Under the pieces are notes generated by a model, which was given only the letters and a program-made list of their open reading frames with translations, had not been told where the DNA came from and ran no database searches. This document shows positions 26,641 to 40,556 of a stretch of 64,000 nucleotides of DNA, in pieces (position 1 is the first letter of the stretch; each line of letters starts with the position of its first letter). This DNA is from Octopus vulgaris (taxonomy: Eukaryota), in assembly GCA_951406725.2 (NCBI GenBank), contig OX597825.1:21452001-21516000 (forward strand), written 5' to 3'. The translations under genes and the position numbers were made by a program.

Positions 26641-27159
26641 CGTATACAGCGTTTTTGTACCTGGTGGCTACAACAAAAGTGTTAGTGTGATGAACGAGGT
26701 TGAATTGTTTGAGGTCAGCTTGTTTATTTTCCCTCTTTACAAACGAAGCCGTTATTGTCTTCTTCCAGTACCACTTGAAGAAAAAGGTGAGTGTGAGAGA
26801 AAGAAACGCCTGACCTTGGGTAAATTTTATGAAAGGGGAATAAGAGAGGCGAATTCATTGTGACTGGTTGGCTCAAAACTCGGGGTATTTTCTTTTTTTA
26901 CTGAATGGCATTAAGGAGAAAGCACTCGCCTTTATCTTCAGATCAATCGGTGTTTTCAAGATGCCCCGATATGTCGTATGTAGTCAGGCACCTTTTAAGG
27001 TTATTGTTATATTTTAAGTATTTTAATGGAACAGATAGATATGTTTTATTTCCCTGATTTCTCTCACGATGTAGTGTTTTTATATTTGTATTTTTTGTCT
27101 TTGTAACGTTCCTTTTATTTTGCTTTTGTGGAAAAATTCCATTATTATTGTTGTTGTTG

Positions 27160-27223
<64 letters not shown>

Positions 27224-27224
27224 G

Positions 27225-27630
27225 ACGGTGAGTCGGCAGAATCGTTAGAACGCCGGACAAAATGTCTAGCGGCATATCATCCGTCTTTACGTTCTGAGTT
27301 CAAATCCCGCCGATGCTTATTGGCCTTTCACCTTTTGGGGGTCGATGAAACGAGTATTAGCTTAGTACTGGTGGGGTCAACGTAATCAAATATTCCGTTC
27401 TCACAAAATATCACACCTTGTGCTTATAGTAGAAAGAATTATAATCCTGGCAGAATATTTAGCATGTCGGACAAAATGTTAAACAGCATTTCGTCCGTCT
27501 TTACGTTCTGAGTTCAGCTTTGCCTTTCATCCTTTCAGGGTCGATAAAATAAGTACCGGTTGAGCATTGGAGTTGATGTAATCGACTCGTCTCCTACACC
27601 AACTTTTTCTAGCCTTGAACCTATAGTAGA

Positions 27631-27640
<10 letters not shown>
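27225..27640 (+). mobile_element. two tandem SINE family B copies
   Basis: gacggtgagtcggcagaatcgttag... followed by a second, partial unit. Confidence 0.75.
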
Positions 27641-27679
<39 letters not shown>

Positions 27680-27769
27680 GACTTCGCACAGTATATTATA
27701 CTGTGAGGTTGTTGATTAAAGATATTATGTCTACCGGGGGGGGGGGGGTCAGTACTGTTTGTCAAGTCA

Positions 27770-28090
27770 CAACAAGGACCTCAGACAGACAGTACTTTAC
27801 GCAATATGTGTGCAGTTCCAAGTAATGCCGACTTTTATTAGACATCTAGATTGTAGGGTATCTCTAAGGTTTTTCAGATTGGGTGGTATTGAACCCAGTA
27901 CTCCGATGACAATAGGGATGATCTCTATGTTTGTCACATCTTAGCGATCTCAATTCTCAGTTCTCCATATTCATCAACCTTTTCTCTTTCTTTCATGATG
28001 ATATGTTGATCTCCTGGCATTGCCATCTCAATTATTAGGTACTCATGTTTGTCTCACCTAAAGGTTACTATATCCGGCCTTCGGTGCTCT
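27770..28090 (-). mobile_element. R4/Dong-like LINE restriction-like endonuclease fragment
   Basis: EHRRPDIVT...LIIEMAMPGDQHIIMKEREKVDEYGELRIEIAKM...IPIVIGVLGSIP: PD-(D/E)xK-type RLE signature, with stops and frameshifts. Confidence 0.75.
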
Positions 28091-28159
28091 AAGGGTTAAT
28101 AGGAGAAAGGGTTAATAGTAGAAAGGGTTAATATTAGAAAGAATTAATAGGCAAAATAA

Positions 28160-29230
28160 GGCAACGAGCTGGCAATATCCTTGGCATGCCGCAATAAGTG
28201 CTTGGTGGTATTTCGTTCGTCTTGACGTTCTGAGTTCAAATGCCGCCGAGGTTGACTTTGTCTTTCACCTTTACGGAGGTCGATAAGTACCAGCAGTACC
28301 AGTTGAACACTGAGGTCAAGGTAATGGACTTATACCCTTTCCGAATATTGCTGACCTTGTGGTAAAGTTTGAAATCATTATTAGGTGGGTTAAATAAGTA
28401 CCAGTTGAGTACTGGGGTCGATGTAATCGGCTAGCTCCCTCCCACCAAATTTCAGCCCTCGTGCCTATAGTACAATGGATTTGTTATTCGGCAGAATCGT
28501 TAGGGAATCGGAAAAAGATTGCCTTAAGTATATTTAGTCGTGCCACATTACGTACTGGGTTCAAATCCCGCTGATGTCAACTTTGCCCTTCTTCCATTCG
28601 GGGCCGATAAAATATAGAATCCGTCCAGTACTGAGGCCGATGTAATCGCTGACCCAGGACCGAAATTGGAAAGGATTATTATTATCACTGTTAAAGGAGG
28701 TGAGCCGGTAGAATCGGATTGCTTAGCGGTATTTCGCCCGTCGCTATGTTCTGAGTTCAAATTCCGCCGAGGTCGACTTTGCCTCTCATCCTGTCGGGGT
28801 CGATAAATAAAGTACCAGTTTCGCACTGGAGTCGATGTAATCGACTTAATCCCTTTGTCTGTCCATGTTTGTCCCCCATCTATGTTTAGCCACTTGTGGG
28901 CAATAAAGAAGTATGTTCTGAGTTCAAATTCCGCCGAGGTCGACTTTGCCTCTCATCCTTTTGGGGTCGATAAATTAAGTACCAGTTTCGCACTGGGGTC
29001 GATGTAATCGAGTTAATCCCTTTGTCTGTCCATGTTTGTCCCCTCTATGTTTAGCCCCTTGTGGGCAATAAAGAAATATGTTCTGAGTTCAAATTCCACC
29101 GAGGTCGACTTTTGCCTCTCATCCTTTCGGGTTCGATAAATTAAGTACCAGTTAAAAACTGGGGTCGATGCAATCGACTGGTCCCTTCCCCAAGAATTTC
29201 AGGCCTTGTGCAAACAGCCTCAAGGATTAT
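28160..29230 (+). mobile_element. cluster of SINE family B pieces, including three tandem units of about 166 bp (28745, 28912, 29077)
   Basis: tatgttctgagttcaaattcc.ccgaggtcgac repeats at periods of 167 and 165 bp. Confidence 0.85.
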
Positions 29231-29846
29231 TATTATCGTTGCAAACATCATCATCATCATCATTATCGTTGTCGTCGTCGTGGTTACAGTTGTAATTTTA
29301 CGGTCGAATGAATGGTAAAAATATACACCGGACTGATGTATAAAAGGAGTGGAGTAAAAAAAAATTTTAAAAGGGGAACGATGGAGTTATGAATAATGCT
29401 GATGATGATGATGCTGCTAACTTTGAGGACGAAGGTGATGTTGATGGTGACAGTGGAGATGTTGTTATTGTTGTTGTTGTTGGCGGCGGTGGTGTAGTAG
29501 TCAGCAGTAAATTAATAAAAAACATATCTCATTGTTCAATCTTCCCTGTATATTAATCAATCATTTGACGCCTGGACAGAATCACTTAAAAAGCAGCTGT
29601 GTTTAGATCTGATGGAACGTAAGGACAAAAAAAACAAAAACAAAACAAAAAAAAACAAAAACAAAAAAACAAAGAAAGAGAGGGGGAGAAATGAGTATGT
29701 TTTTTTTTTCACTTATATTCTTTTAAGAGTTTCAGTAACTGGAGTACGGCCATACTGGGGCGTGACATACACGTCAAAGAATTTCTTTTATATGTCATAT
29801 CAACCGCAGTATTTATTTAAATAAAGACGCGGGCTACGGACGTATG

Positions 29847-29985
<139 letters not shown>

Positions 29986-29994
29986 ACATATACT

Positions 29995-30385
29995 ATTTTA
30001 CTCTTATAATCGTTTCAGTCATTTGATTACGGCCATGCCGGAGCACCGCCTTTAGTCGAATAACTAGACCCCAGGACTTATTCTTTGTAGGCCTAGTACT
30101 TATTCTATTGGTTTCTTTTGCCGAACCGCTAAGTTACGGGGATGTAAACACCAACATCGGTTGTCAAGCGATGTTGGAGGCACAAACACAGACACACAAG
30201 TATATACATACATATATAAACATATATATATACGACAGGTTTCTTTCAGTTTCTGTCTACCAAATCCAATTACAAGGCTTTGGTCAGCCTGAGGTTATAG
30301 TAGAAGACACTTCCTCAAGGTGCCACGCTGTGGGACTGAACCCGGAACCATGTGGTTAGGAAGTGAGCTTCTTACCACACCCCCA
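29995..30385 (-). mobile_element. SINE family A
   Basis: Reverse-complement copy. Confidence 0.85.
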
Positions 30386-31037
30386 CTACTTTAATAATAT
30401 ATGTGTGCGTGCGTGCGTGTGTGTGTGTGTGTGTGAGCGCGCGCGCGTGTGTGTGTGCGTGCGTGTGTGTGTGTGTTTGTGCGTGCGTGCGTGTGTGTGT
30501 GTGTTTGTGTGTGCGCGCGCGTGTGTGTGTGTGTGTGTGTGTGTGTGTAACAACTAAACCCTACCCCAAGTTACTGGAGAAAGGGGTTAGTGATCTGGGA
30601 ACAGTAGAATGCTTGGTTACTAGTTCCCACCGAATCACCGGTCCACAGTCCTTTACACATCAAGAATGAATGACACACGATGGGTTCTAATTCGGTGCAA
30701 ACGACTTAGTTCTCCCGAAACCACTTCAAAAGTATAGCATAACTTCTCTTGGTGCTTACACGCTTCATCGACACACATCGGTGGATAATACATACACCCA
30801 CACTCAAAGATACACACACACACACAACCACCCGTCCAAACAAACACACACACACACACACACACAAATACTAATATAAACGCATAGTTGAATGCACATT
30901 TACACATGTATACTTATTCGTTCATATTTCTATACATAAATATACAGTATTTCGAATGTTGCGTTCATATTGAAGGAATAGATTAAGTCCTTTAATCAAT
31001 TTTTTCCTTTAATATACATAAATATTTATATGTACAT

Positions 31038-31600
31038 ACTAGCAAACGCACCCGTCCTTTGGACGGTTTAAGTTGCTCTGGTGGTAATTTTTTCCACCAA
31101 ATAATTCAACTACCGAGAACGTTTATGAGTAGCACGGCAATCTGCTTCCGATTAATCTAGGAACGGAAAATCAAATTGAAGGCTGGTTATTGTGGAGGTC
31201 ATTGCACTTTAATGATCACAGAACATATAAGTTTGCAAGCAATGCAAAGTAGAGCTACTGAAGTGTTTTGGGAGTAGATTACGGATAATGACTACGAGAT
31301 ATAGTTGTTTTACATGAAAGCGAAATTTCTTGTCACAAACAGTCACATAAATGGTGTAATGAAATTGAAGGAAGATGTTGAAAATTCCCTGCTGCAAGTT
31401 TATTTTTTTCAACAGCAAAGGGAGCTATTTTTTTTTCGAAGAGATAAGCTAACAAAAGCCCCTTTATTCTGTATTCCCACATAGCCTGTGTATAAACTAA
31501 CAGCGAATGCTGCATAAAGTTCAATTGGTATGGAGCTTTCTGAAAGATACGTATAGCTTTCACTAGTGGAAGCAAAACTCTTATTTAAAGGTTGATTCTT
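31038..31600 (-). mobile_element. Helitron 3' end remnant
   Basis: Minus strand: hairpin CCGTCC-aaa-GGACGG, about 10 nt, then CTAG|T. Upstream VVIIRNLLPK weakly resembles the Helitron helicase motif IMLLRNL.P. Confidence 0.5.
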
Positions 31601-31839
31601 TGGGACGAATCATATGTGATTGTTTAAAAAAAGACTAGAATGACAATGCTAAAACGTATTTAAAATAATGGACTACAGTCAATTATCATAATGGATGGGT
31701 AAATAAGCATCTTCAAAGTGAAACAATGCATTGGTAGGTAAACAAAAGTGTCAACAAATAGAAGAGCGAGAAGGGGACATAACCTTTCAAGTAACTCAGA
31801 ATAGGTAAAGGTAAGCTTGCCAAAGTTTAATGTAGCTTA

Positions 31840-32650
31840 AATATGGAGATTAAGATTGTTTGGCATTGGATATTCATCGCGTATGATGTGGGTTGTTCCT
31901 AGCAGGGCTATTTTTGGATAATGTGTAGTGTTGAGGATCCAGGTATAGTTTCTACGTAGTTTGTTCATGTTTTTTTTTGTCATTCCCAATGCTCCGGTTA
32001 TTATTGGTATCGTTTTTACACATCTTGAATACTTCAATTTCGAGGTCTTTCTACTTTGATAATTTCTCCACTTTTTTCTCTTTTTGGACAATATTTTAGT
32101 CAGTAGGAACTGCAATGTCTACAAGTAAGCAAGTGTTTTTTCCCAGTCCTTGATTATTTCTTTCCTTCTCGAGCCATCCCTGGCTCATAAGGGCCGATTT
32201 CCCGGTGTTCTTGGCGTATAGGTTCCCCACCTGGTCGGGACGCCGGTCCGTCGCAGGTGAGCTGCAAGATGCAGGGGGAAAGAGTGAGAGAAAGTTGTGG
32301 CGAAAGATTCAGCAGAAGTTCGCCATTACCTTCTGCCGGAGTCGCGTGGAGGTTAGGTGTTTCGCTCATAAACACACACATCATCTGGTCTGAGATTCGA
32401 ACCTGCGATCCCTCGACCACGAGTCCGCTACTCTAACCACTAGGCCACGCGCCCCCTCTCCTTGATTATTATGTCTGGGTTATTAGCTTTTATTTCTTTG
32501 TCGGTTTGAACTGGGATATCCCAGATGATTGTGGTCTTGTCGTTGTCTTGTACCTTGTTTGGTACATGTTTATACCACCTATTGTCAGTTTTAATGTTGT
32601 AATGTTGGCATATTGTTCAGTGGATGTAAGCGCTTACTCAGTCGTGTCTA
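31840..32650 (-). mobile_element. R4/Dong-like RLE LINE fragment interrupted by a SINE
   Basis: DIPVQTDKEIKANNPDIIIK|...KTIPIITGALGM...KIALLGTTHIIR. Confidence 0.75.
32159..32458 (-). mobile_element. tRNA-derived SINE family D with a 12-bp TSD
   Basis: Head (minus) gcgcgtggcctagtggttagagtagcggactcgtggtcgagggatcgcaggttcgaatctc; TSD tccttgattatt at 32147-32158 and 32459-32470. Confidence 0.9.
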
Positions 32651-32666
32651 TATATATTCAGATTAC

Positions 32667-32740
<74 letters not shown>

Positions 32741-34222
32741 GCTCGACATCATTATTATAATTTCTATTTCATCCTTTTGAAATCGATAAAATGTTACCTG
32801 TTTAGAATCAGAGTCGATGGTATTAACTAGCACCGTTTCCCAAATATCACAAAAGTTATTCAAAAGAAGTGTATTCGGCCAATGGAATGCACGTTTGAAA
32901 GCAAGAATACTTAGTGTTTCGGATTCAGACACACAACGACTTGCCCCTGTAAATTCCAGGATGTCTGAAAAGAGGGCGAGAATGAAAATGATATCAAGCC
33001 CGCAGCTTGTTCTCTAGTTAGCTTTTATGGTGGGTGACCGTTTTAAAACCAGAAGTGAACATGAAATACATAAGACCTATGGTGGCACACAATAGGCCCC
33101 CAGCAAAACTATGTACCGGGGCCCCTAAATATGTAACCATTGGATACAGACATTAGCACTGGGCCCCCTAAAACAATGGGTGCCCATGCATCTGCTCAGC
33201 GTACCCAAACCTCAAGATGGCGCTGGTGGTACATCAGTACTGAAAAAATAATTAATTTTTAATTTTCACAAATTAATGATTACGTAATTTATGTTGAATA
33301 CTTTTCGCTATGAGAAGCTGAAACCAAATTTTTTTCATATAACATTTTAAAGACTTCGTACCGTTGGAGAACGGCCTTAAATCTAAGGTGAACGAAATTT
33401 CGCCAGGAGGTTGGGCCTCAGACTTATTAAAAATACATAAATTATACATGCCATGACTTTTGCGAGAGTTTCGTCATTGGGTGAATGAACGTGATGTTGT
33501 TACAAAATAAATTATGGTAAATTAGGCCTTGTTTTCTAGGCAGCTGTACCTAATTTTGATATTACGTTTAATAAACAGATCTCGTTTGTATAAATATTTT
33601 TGTAGGGATTGTTTTATCGCTGACAATGAATCGAAATATGAATTAAAAGCATAGTAACTCTAGAATGCGATTTCAGTTGTTGGCCCGCGACCATGCTGGA
33701 TGGCTGTCCTTAATGATTTAATCGATCCTCTCGACCCAAGTGTTCTGTACTAAATTTATCGCTGTCTAAAAATCGAACCGCTTGGTATATAGAACAGGGA
33801 ATACAATAATGAAAATAATACCAATAGTTTTCAGGTAAATTTAAAAATGCCCACATAGACTTAACACTTAAATAAATATACTTATGACTAGTTTCTGTAG
33901 AATTACTGAATATGAAACGTTATCAATCAGTGGTCGAGTTCAAAATGCGACAAAAAAGCGTCAATTTAATTGGGAAAATAAGTTCGAGAAGGTCTTGGAA
34001 TTCAAATAGATTTAGCAATTGTTGCTATTCAACGTACGGAAATCTTTGATATAAACGTCCTAAACGTTGGAACACACACATTGATGTTTTTGTTAGTGGT
34101 GTTGCTAAGAAAAATTGTTCCATATATGCAACTTATGGGGATTTAACTAAACCAACACCAATTGTCAAGCGGTGATGGGAGACAAACACAAACGCACATT
34201 CACACATGCTCGCACACACATG

Positions 34223-34255
<33 letters not shown>

Positions 34256-34442
34256 ATACGACAGGTTTCCACACAGTTTCCTTCTACCCAGTTCACTCAC
34301 AAGGTATAGGTCGACCCCGAACTGAACCCTGAACCACGAAATTGCAAAACGAGCTTCTTAATCGTACAGCCATACCTGCGCCAATATATATATATATATA
34401 TATATATACAGCCATACCTACGCCAATACATACATACATACA

Positions 34443-34478
<36 letters not shown>

Positions 34479-34974
34479 TATATAATCAAAATATCCTTGC
34501 TGCTTATTTTGATTTTAATCACCTTACTTTGAAATTGTATGGATAATACCGTACTAAATTCTGGTGCCTCCACTTAAATACCATATTCATCTGAATCTCT
34601 CTCTCTCTCTCTCTCTGTACATATATATATATATATACATATCATTTATATATATGTATATACATATTATTTTTTTATATATATGTGTATGTGTGTGTAT
34701 ATATAAGTACGTACAAATGTGTACATATGCACACACACACAAATGCTTGTATATATGTAGACACGTACACACACACATATATACGACAGGCATCTTTCAG
34801 TTTCCGTCTATCAAATCCACTCACAAGGTTTTGCTTGGCCCAAGACTATAGTAGAAGGCACTTGTTGAAGTTGATACACAGTGGAACTGAACCCGGAACC
34901 TTGTGGTTGGAAAGCAAACTTTCTTAGTGCACAGTCTCACCTACACCTATAGATACATACATACACACACACAG

Positions 34975-35018
<44 letters not shown>

Positions 35019-35159
35019 TCATATATATATATTGCTTGTGTATTTGGGGGTGTGGTTGTGTATGTATGTATATCCGTGTGTATCAGTTTTTATTGACAGT
35101 CCTGCTTCCAATCTTTCGTGTGCCAACCCTGCCCACCCCTCCCACTTTCACTATTCTCC

Positions 35160-36720
35160 AACTTCAACGAAACTACTACTACGTCTACCCACCAATATTA
35201 CCGCCATGAAATTTCATCATCATCATTATCATCATCATCGTCATCATCATAATCATCATCATCATCATCATTGTCGTCGTCGTCATCATCATCACAGTCA
35301 TCCTCCTCCTCCTCCCCATCATCGCCGCTATTGCTATCACACACATACGCACACACATCTACAAGCAAGGATATTATGTGGGTCTGTGTGCGTGTGTGTG
35401 CATGTTTGTGTGTGTGTGTGTGTGAGTTTTCACTCTCTGGTCTCTCAATGTCCTGAAGACATGATATTCTGCTGTTTTCTCTTTCTTTGTTCCCTACTTT
35501 CTTTCTCTTTCCTTCTGCCCCCACTCGCCACCCGCCTCCCCCACCATCAAATCTTACCATGCACGTGGCCGGAAGTGTGTAAACTGATATTCACCATTGA
35601 TCTGTCTAGCTGAGAATTACCGCCGCCACGCACCACCACCACCACCACCACCACCACCACCAAAACCACCACCACCAGCGCCATCACCATCACTACAACT
35701 ACAACTACCACTACTATAAACATCAGTTCCACCTCCTCCGTTACCAACCTGCTACCAACACCAGCACCAGCACCAGCACCACTACCAACACCAACACCCC
35801 ACCACCAGAGCTTCAATTATCTTTACTATCGTCGACCACATTATCCACTACCGACAACATCATCACCGTCTTTGCACTAACACCACCTCTCATACCACCA
35901 CAGCTCTCACTATTCACATGCCTCCACCACCACCACCAACAACAACAACAACTACACTACCACCATCACCACCACCATTTTCGTCGAGCCAGCCACCATG
36001 AAAATTCATCATCGTCATTGTCGTCGTCGTTGTCGTCGTCGTTGTCGTCGTCATCATCATCATCCTCATGTTCAGACTGCTACTGTTACCACCAGCACTA
36101 CAGCCAGCACTACAACCGACACCTTACCACTGTTATCAGTACTGCTACCACTTCCAACTATAACGTAAATTCCATTACAAGCGCCACCACCACCACTTAT
36201 ACGGCCACCAACATCATCACCAACATGATCATTACGACGACGAAAACGACGACGATGATCACCCCATCCCCCAAACACATCTCCACCACGGCCAACACCA
36301 CCAATACCACTCCTATCACCAGCACCACCAACAACAATAGCACGATTATCTATAACAATATCACTACTGCTACCACCAGCACCATCTCCACCACCACCAC
36401 CACCACCACCACCACCACCACTAACAGCACCACCACCGCCGCCGCCACTCTCACCAATTGCAACAAGAACAACAAAAGTTGTAGTAAAATTTTCACAATT
36501 ATTTGTAATACCGCCATCATCACCGCTACCACTTTCACCACCACCACCACCACCACCACCACCACCACCTCACCACCACTATTATCATTACTATTAGTAT
36601 CACCACCGAAAACAAAAACAAAAACAAAAAGAAAGCCCACAACAAAAAACACAAACAAGAACAAGAACAGCAAAAACAACAAACAACAAACAACAACACT
36701 ATCACTAGCATAACCAGACC
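35160..36720. repeat. CAC/CAT/CAA trinucleotide-rich low-complexity block
   Basis: Mosaic of decayed trinucleotide repeats. Confidence 0.9.
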
Positions 36721-37641
36721 ACAGCACACACCAACACGCACACACCACCCGACTTCACACATCGATTCACATACAATATACCTCGTCATATTCACAGTTC
36801 TGTGACCAAAGGAAAAATCTGGTAAAAAAGAAAAAACATAAAATTAAAAAGAAAAACAGGCAAATAGTAGAAAGAAAATAAATAAACAAAAGCGAGAAGC
36901 TTGAGGAAAGAAAAACGAAAGGAAGGCAAAGGGGAGTCGGGGAGGCTTGGGGCAAAACAACAGCATCCACACAGAAGGTATTTGTGGTGATGTGAGGTCA
37001 ACGGGGAAAGAGATTTGTTGGGTAGGAGATGACTTAATTGACCTCGCCTTTCTTTGTTTCTTATTTCACACTCATACTCAGGCACGCAATTTATATACAT
37101 ACATACGTACATGATAAATACATATATACATACATACATACATACATACATACATACATACATACATACATACATACATACATACATACATACATACATA
37201 CATGTATACATGCCTACATACATGCATGCGTATTCGTAAAATATATGAGATGGCGAATATTTTCAGAAATTTCGCCACCAGTGGCCTAGCGTGTATTAAT
37301 AGTCAATAGACAACATATTCTCAATATAAAATAGTGTACATTTAAACACAAGAGAAAACTACCTTTAACAGGTAATTTTTACACGCTAGAAGAAGCAGTC
37401 AAAACGAAAATTGCTCTTAAATGTGGTTTGGGTCTTGTGTTTAAATGTACAGTATTTTATGCATGCATGCATATATAGATACATACATACATGCAAATAC
37501 ACATACACACACACACACACACACATTGACTTGTATAGATATATGCGGATATATATATACATATGTATGTATATATGTGTGTGTGAATGTGATATATATG
37601 TAAACACCCAGAAGTAGCCATCTATCTATCAATCTATCTAT

Positions 37642-37712
<71 letters not shown>

Positions 37713-37762
37713 CCTATCTATCTATCTATCTATCTATCTATCCACCTGTCTACTCATCTATC

Positions 37763-37791
<29 letters not shown>

Positions 37792-37799
<8 letters not shown>

Positions 37800-37937
37800 A
37801 AAAAGGGACAGGCAAAACAGGTTGCTTGACCGCATACCGAAAAAATAGAAATAGCAGTCAAGAATGCTTATTTCTATCAAAGTTGGACTCAAAGTTGGAC
37901 TCCGGGCATGACAGACCCTGTCCCTTTTTCTTATATA
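37792..37937. mobile_element. short element with 21-bp inverted termini next to (TA)n
   Basis: tatataagaaaaagggacagg ... cctgtccctttttcttatata. Confidence 0.6.
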
Positions 37938-38828
37938 CAATATATATACTGAACTTTACAGAAGTTCCTGCCGGTAATCGGCTATATTTACATACCGAAT
38001 TCTACCAGTAAATAATTGGGTTTTTTTTAAAAGCCTTTATAGAAATTATTTACTCTTATCTTTATGTATATATATATATATATTTAACGCATTTAAGTTA
38101 GTTTTATCGCAATAATATTCTATCATTATAATATTGTAAAACGGTAAAAATTGTAAATAATAAAACGTGGAAACCAGACTATGTGGGAATTCCATTGATT
38201 AATATTTTCTTCTATACACAATCATATAAACTCGGATCTATATATATATGTGTGTGTGTGTATATGTGTGTGTGCGCGCGTATGAATACTACACACTGGT
38301 GTATAGGTCTAAAACAAGGTGGAAAAATAGTAACCGAATACCAAAGAAACAGAAGTGATTTTTACCTCAGTTTCACGTAACCGATCATCAGACAGTCTGA
38401 CGGCCACAATTTAGGAAGGTTATCTACATAGACAACGATCACACTAAAGTCTGAGTTTTCAAATATTTTATTGATCTGCATCGATGAATTTACAAATGTT
38501 CTTTTAATAAATTAATGGATCAAAGTTTAGTGAACATAACTGTTAGGATCTTCTGTACGTAACAAGTTAGCTAATGTAATGAAGGTAGTGTAAAGAAATT
38601 AATCAGTGCATATAATTAATGTTTTACAGTACACTACATGTAAAGCTTTAATAAATATAGTAGTATATTATGGTTGCAACCGAAATAATCTGTCCTTGCT
38701 AGCCATTAATATGTATGTATTAGCTGCCAGGAATGTTTAATATGTAAATTGATCTATCCAATAGTGTTAAACTGCTAAACTTGGCGGGTATTTAAACAAT
38801 GAGTTCGTGGATAGTTGATAAGTTGGAT

Positions 38829-38872
38829 GTGGTGCTAATGAAAGGGCAATATTCCCTGAAACATGTATATAC
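38829..38872 (+). ncRNA. degenerate hammerhead (G5A)
   Basis: gtg-CTAATGA-A-AGGG-caatatt-CCCT-GAA-ACATGT-A-tat; another partial core at 38366-38396 (-): CTGATGA-TCG-gtta-CGT-GAAAC. Confidence 0.45.
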
Positions 38873-39532
38873 TCTACCTATTTTTTTCAATCACATTGTT
38901 TACATAGATGTATTCGTTTACGAAACGTCATAACTTTCAGTGCTACTTCTAAATTCTACTGAAAATCTGTACTGCTTAAAGAAAACTAAGACACAGTATT
39001 TACTTGTAGGGTGATAGATTTAAACCATCGCCCGGTTTCACACTTTGGACCACCATTAGTTGAATCCATTCTGTCGCAAACATTCGGTCCTGGCTTCAGA
39101 TCTGAAGATATATACCTCCTTCTTCTTGTCCGAGACAACAGGAGGAAGAAGAAATATCAGGGATCATGACACTGCCTCTCTGCCTGATAAAGGGAGAAAT
39201 AATTAAATATTTACGTCCAACAAAAAAATTTCCAGTTACAAGTAGAAATAGGGTGTCTTTAATCGATCAAGTCTTTGAAATTAGATTGTGAGTCTAAATA
39301 AATTTTCAGGAATATAATTCCTATCCCATTTTAGATTCATTAATTATTACCATTTACTATAAAAAATAGAGTTTTCTCTATTTTTTTAAATAGCATAATT
39401 AGTTATATAAATATATAGATGATTAGGAACTTAAAATTACAGAATTATTTAAGCAGTAAATTTTTATACTGTATATGTTGCTGTTCCTTGTGCATTGCTT
39501 AAACTTCGTATATTGTTATAATAATGTTTTAG

Positions 39533-39642
39533 CTTTTCAGGCAGTGCTCTCTAGCAGCGAAGTCACACCAGGGAAGAGGTTTGTTCCTGGAATCGGTACT
39601 GCAATATTTCATCTTCGACAAAATGGTAAATTAGATTACAAG
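39533..39642 (+). CDS. chrd: chordin exon (start of CHRD3): AFQAVLSSSEVTPGKRFVPGIGTAIFHLRQNGKLDYK
   Basis: aatgttttag / gtttgt; 110 nt, phase 1/0; resembles LQSVL...GSASLTL..NGSLIYQ. Follows a 21-kb intron. Confidence 0.9.
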
Positions 39643-39679
39643 GTTTGTAAGATTTTTACATGACTAAATTATAAATTTT

Positions 39680-40360
39680 ACTTTAAATGTCCAAGGTAGC
39701 AAGATCGGGGACTGGTGCGATTTGACAAAGTGTGATCCGCTCCACATTCCACAAATGGCCAAAACCTCTGACCGGCAAACCCACAAGTACTTTATGCTTA
39801 GCTGTACTACAACAGTTGTACTGATAAAGAGAACTGATTCCTTAGTTCGTGTTAACCAAGAATTCGTTTTAACCAAGTCTCACTCCCGGTACGGTAAATA
39901 GCGACGGAATTTAAAGAAGGTCTCTGTAGAAGTTCCGCGTTCGGAACTCGTACTCTTCATATTCGTTAACGAGGATCGACTGAAGGACAATTCTGGTGCC
40001 AGAAGTCACGATAATTCCACCTCCTGTAGAATATTAATATACAATGTAAATTTGCCGGACATGTCCACCTGGGAGGTGTTTATCCATTAGAGAAATGTTT
40101 ACGAAACAACCACCTCAAGAAGAAACTGCCCAATCAATAGATTTTCTGTACAACACTGCTTGTTTTGCAAAACTTAGATAAGTCTAGAGTAGTTGAAATT
40201 ATGTTTTTTTAAAACCTTCGATCTAGTATTCGGTACTTGGGTATCTATCGCCGATGATTCACAATTGAAAATGAGATTACGTGAATCGCATGATACAACA
40301 GTCCCATTCGTCAGTCCTGGCGAAATTCCGTAAACCGATATAGACTGTGCTTTTTGGCAC
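39680..40360 (+). mobile_element. highly decayed LINE reverse-transcriptase fragment
   Basis: VSVEVPRSELVLFIFVNE resembles the RT motif VTSGVPQGSVLGP.LF.I..ND; boundaries approximate. Confidence 0.4.
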
Positions 40361-40375
40361 ATAAAATCTATACGA

Positions 40376-40455
40376 CGTTCTTACCAGGACAACTACCGCA
40401 ATCTACAGCGTTGTTACCAGGACAACTACCGCAGTCTACGGCGTTCTTACCAGCA
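40376..40455. repeat. 33-bp minisatellite, about 2.4 copies
   Basis: cgttcttaccaggacaactaccgcaatctacag repeated. Confidence 0.85.
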
Positions 40456-40556
40456 ATTCCAAGCTGGATGTGCAAATTGTATATATATCTTTTTTCCTTA
40501 TAACTATTTACAGTCATAGAAAAGCGATCATGTTGGGGCACAGCTTTGAAGTATTT

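Noticed and set aside
28745-29230. CRISPR-like or satellite array
   Set aside because: Whole units are duplicated SINE B segments with no unique spacers; eukaryotic context.
36018-36713. 231-aa Thr-rich mucin-like ORF
   Set aside because: Decayed CAC/CAA repeats, non-ATG start, no signal peptide, inside a chordin intron.
39040-39110. Tc1-like PDLNPIEN motif (PDLKPGPNV) on the minus strand
   Set aside because: Too short and diverged to call without a profile search.
39533-39541. Alternative acceptor cttttcag at 39540
   Set aside because: It lies 8 nt downstream of the in-frame acceptor and would frameshift the protein.
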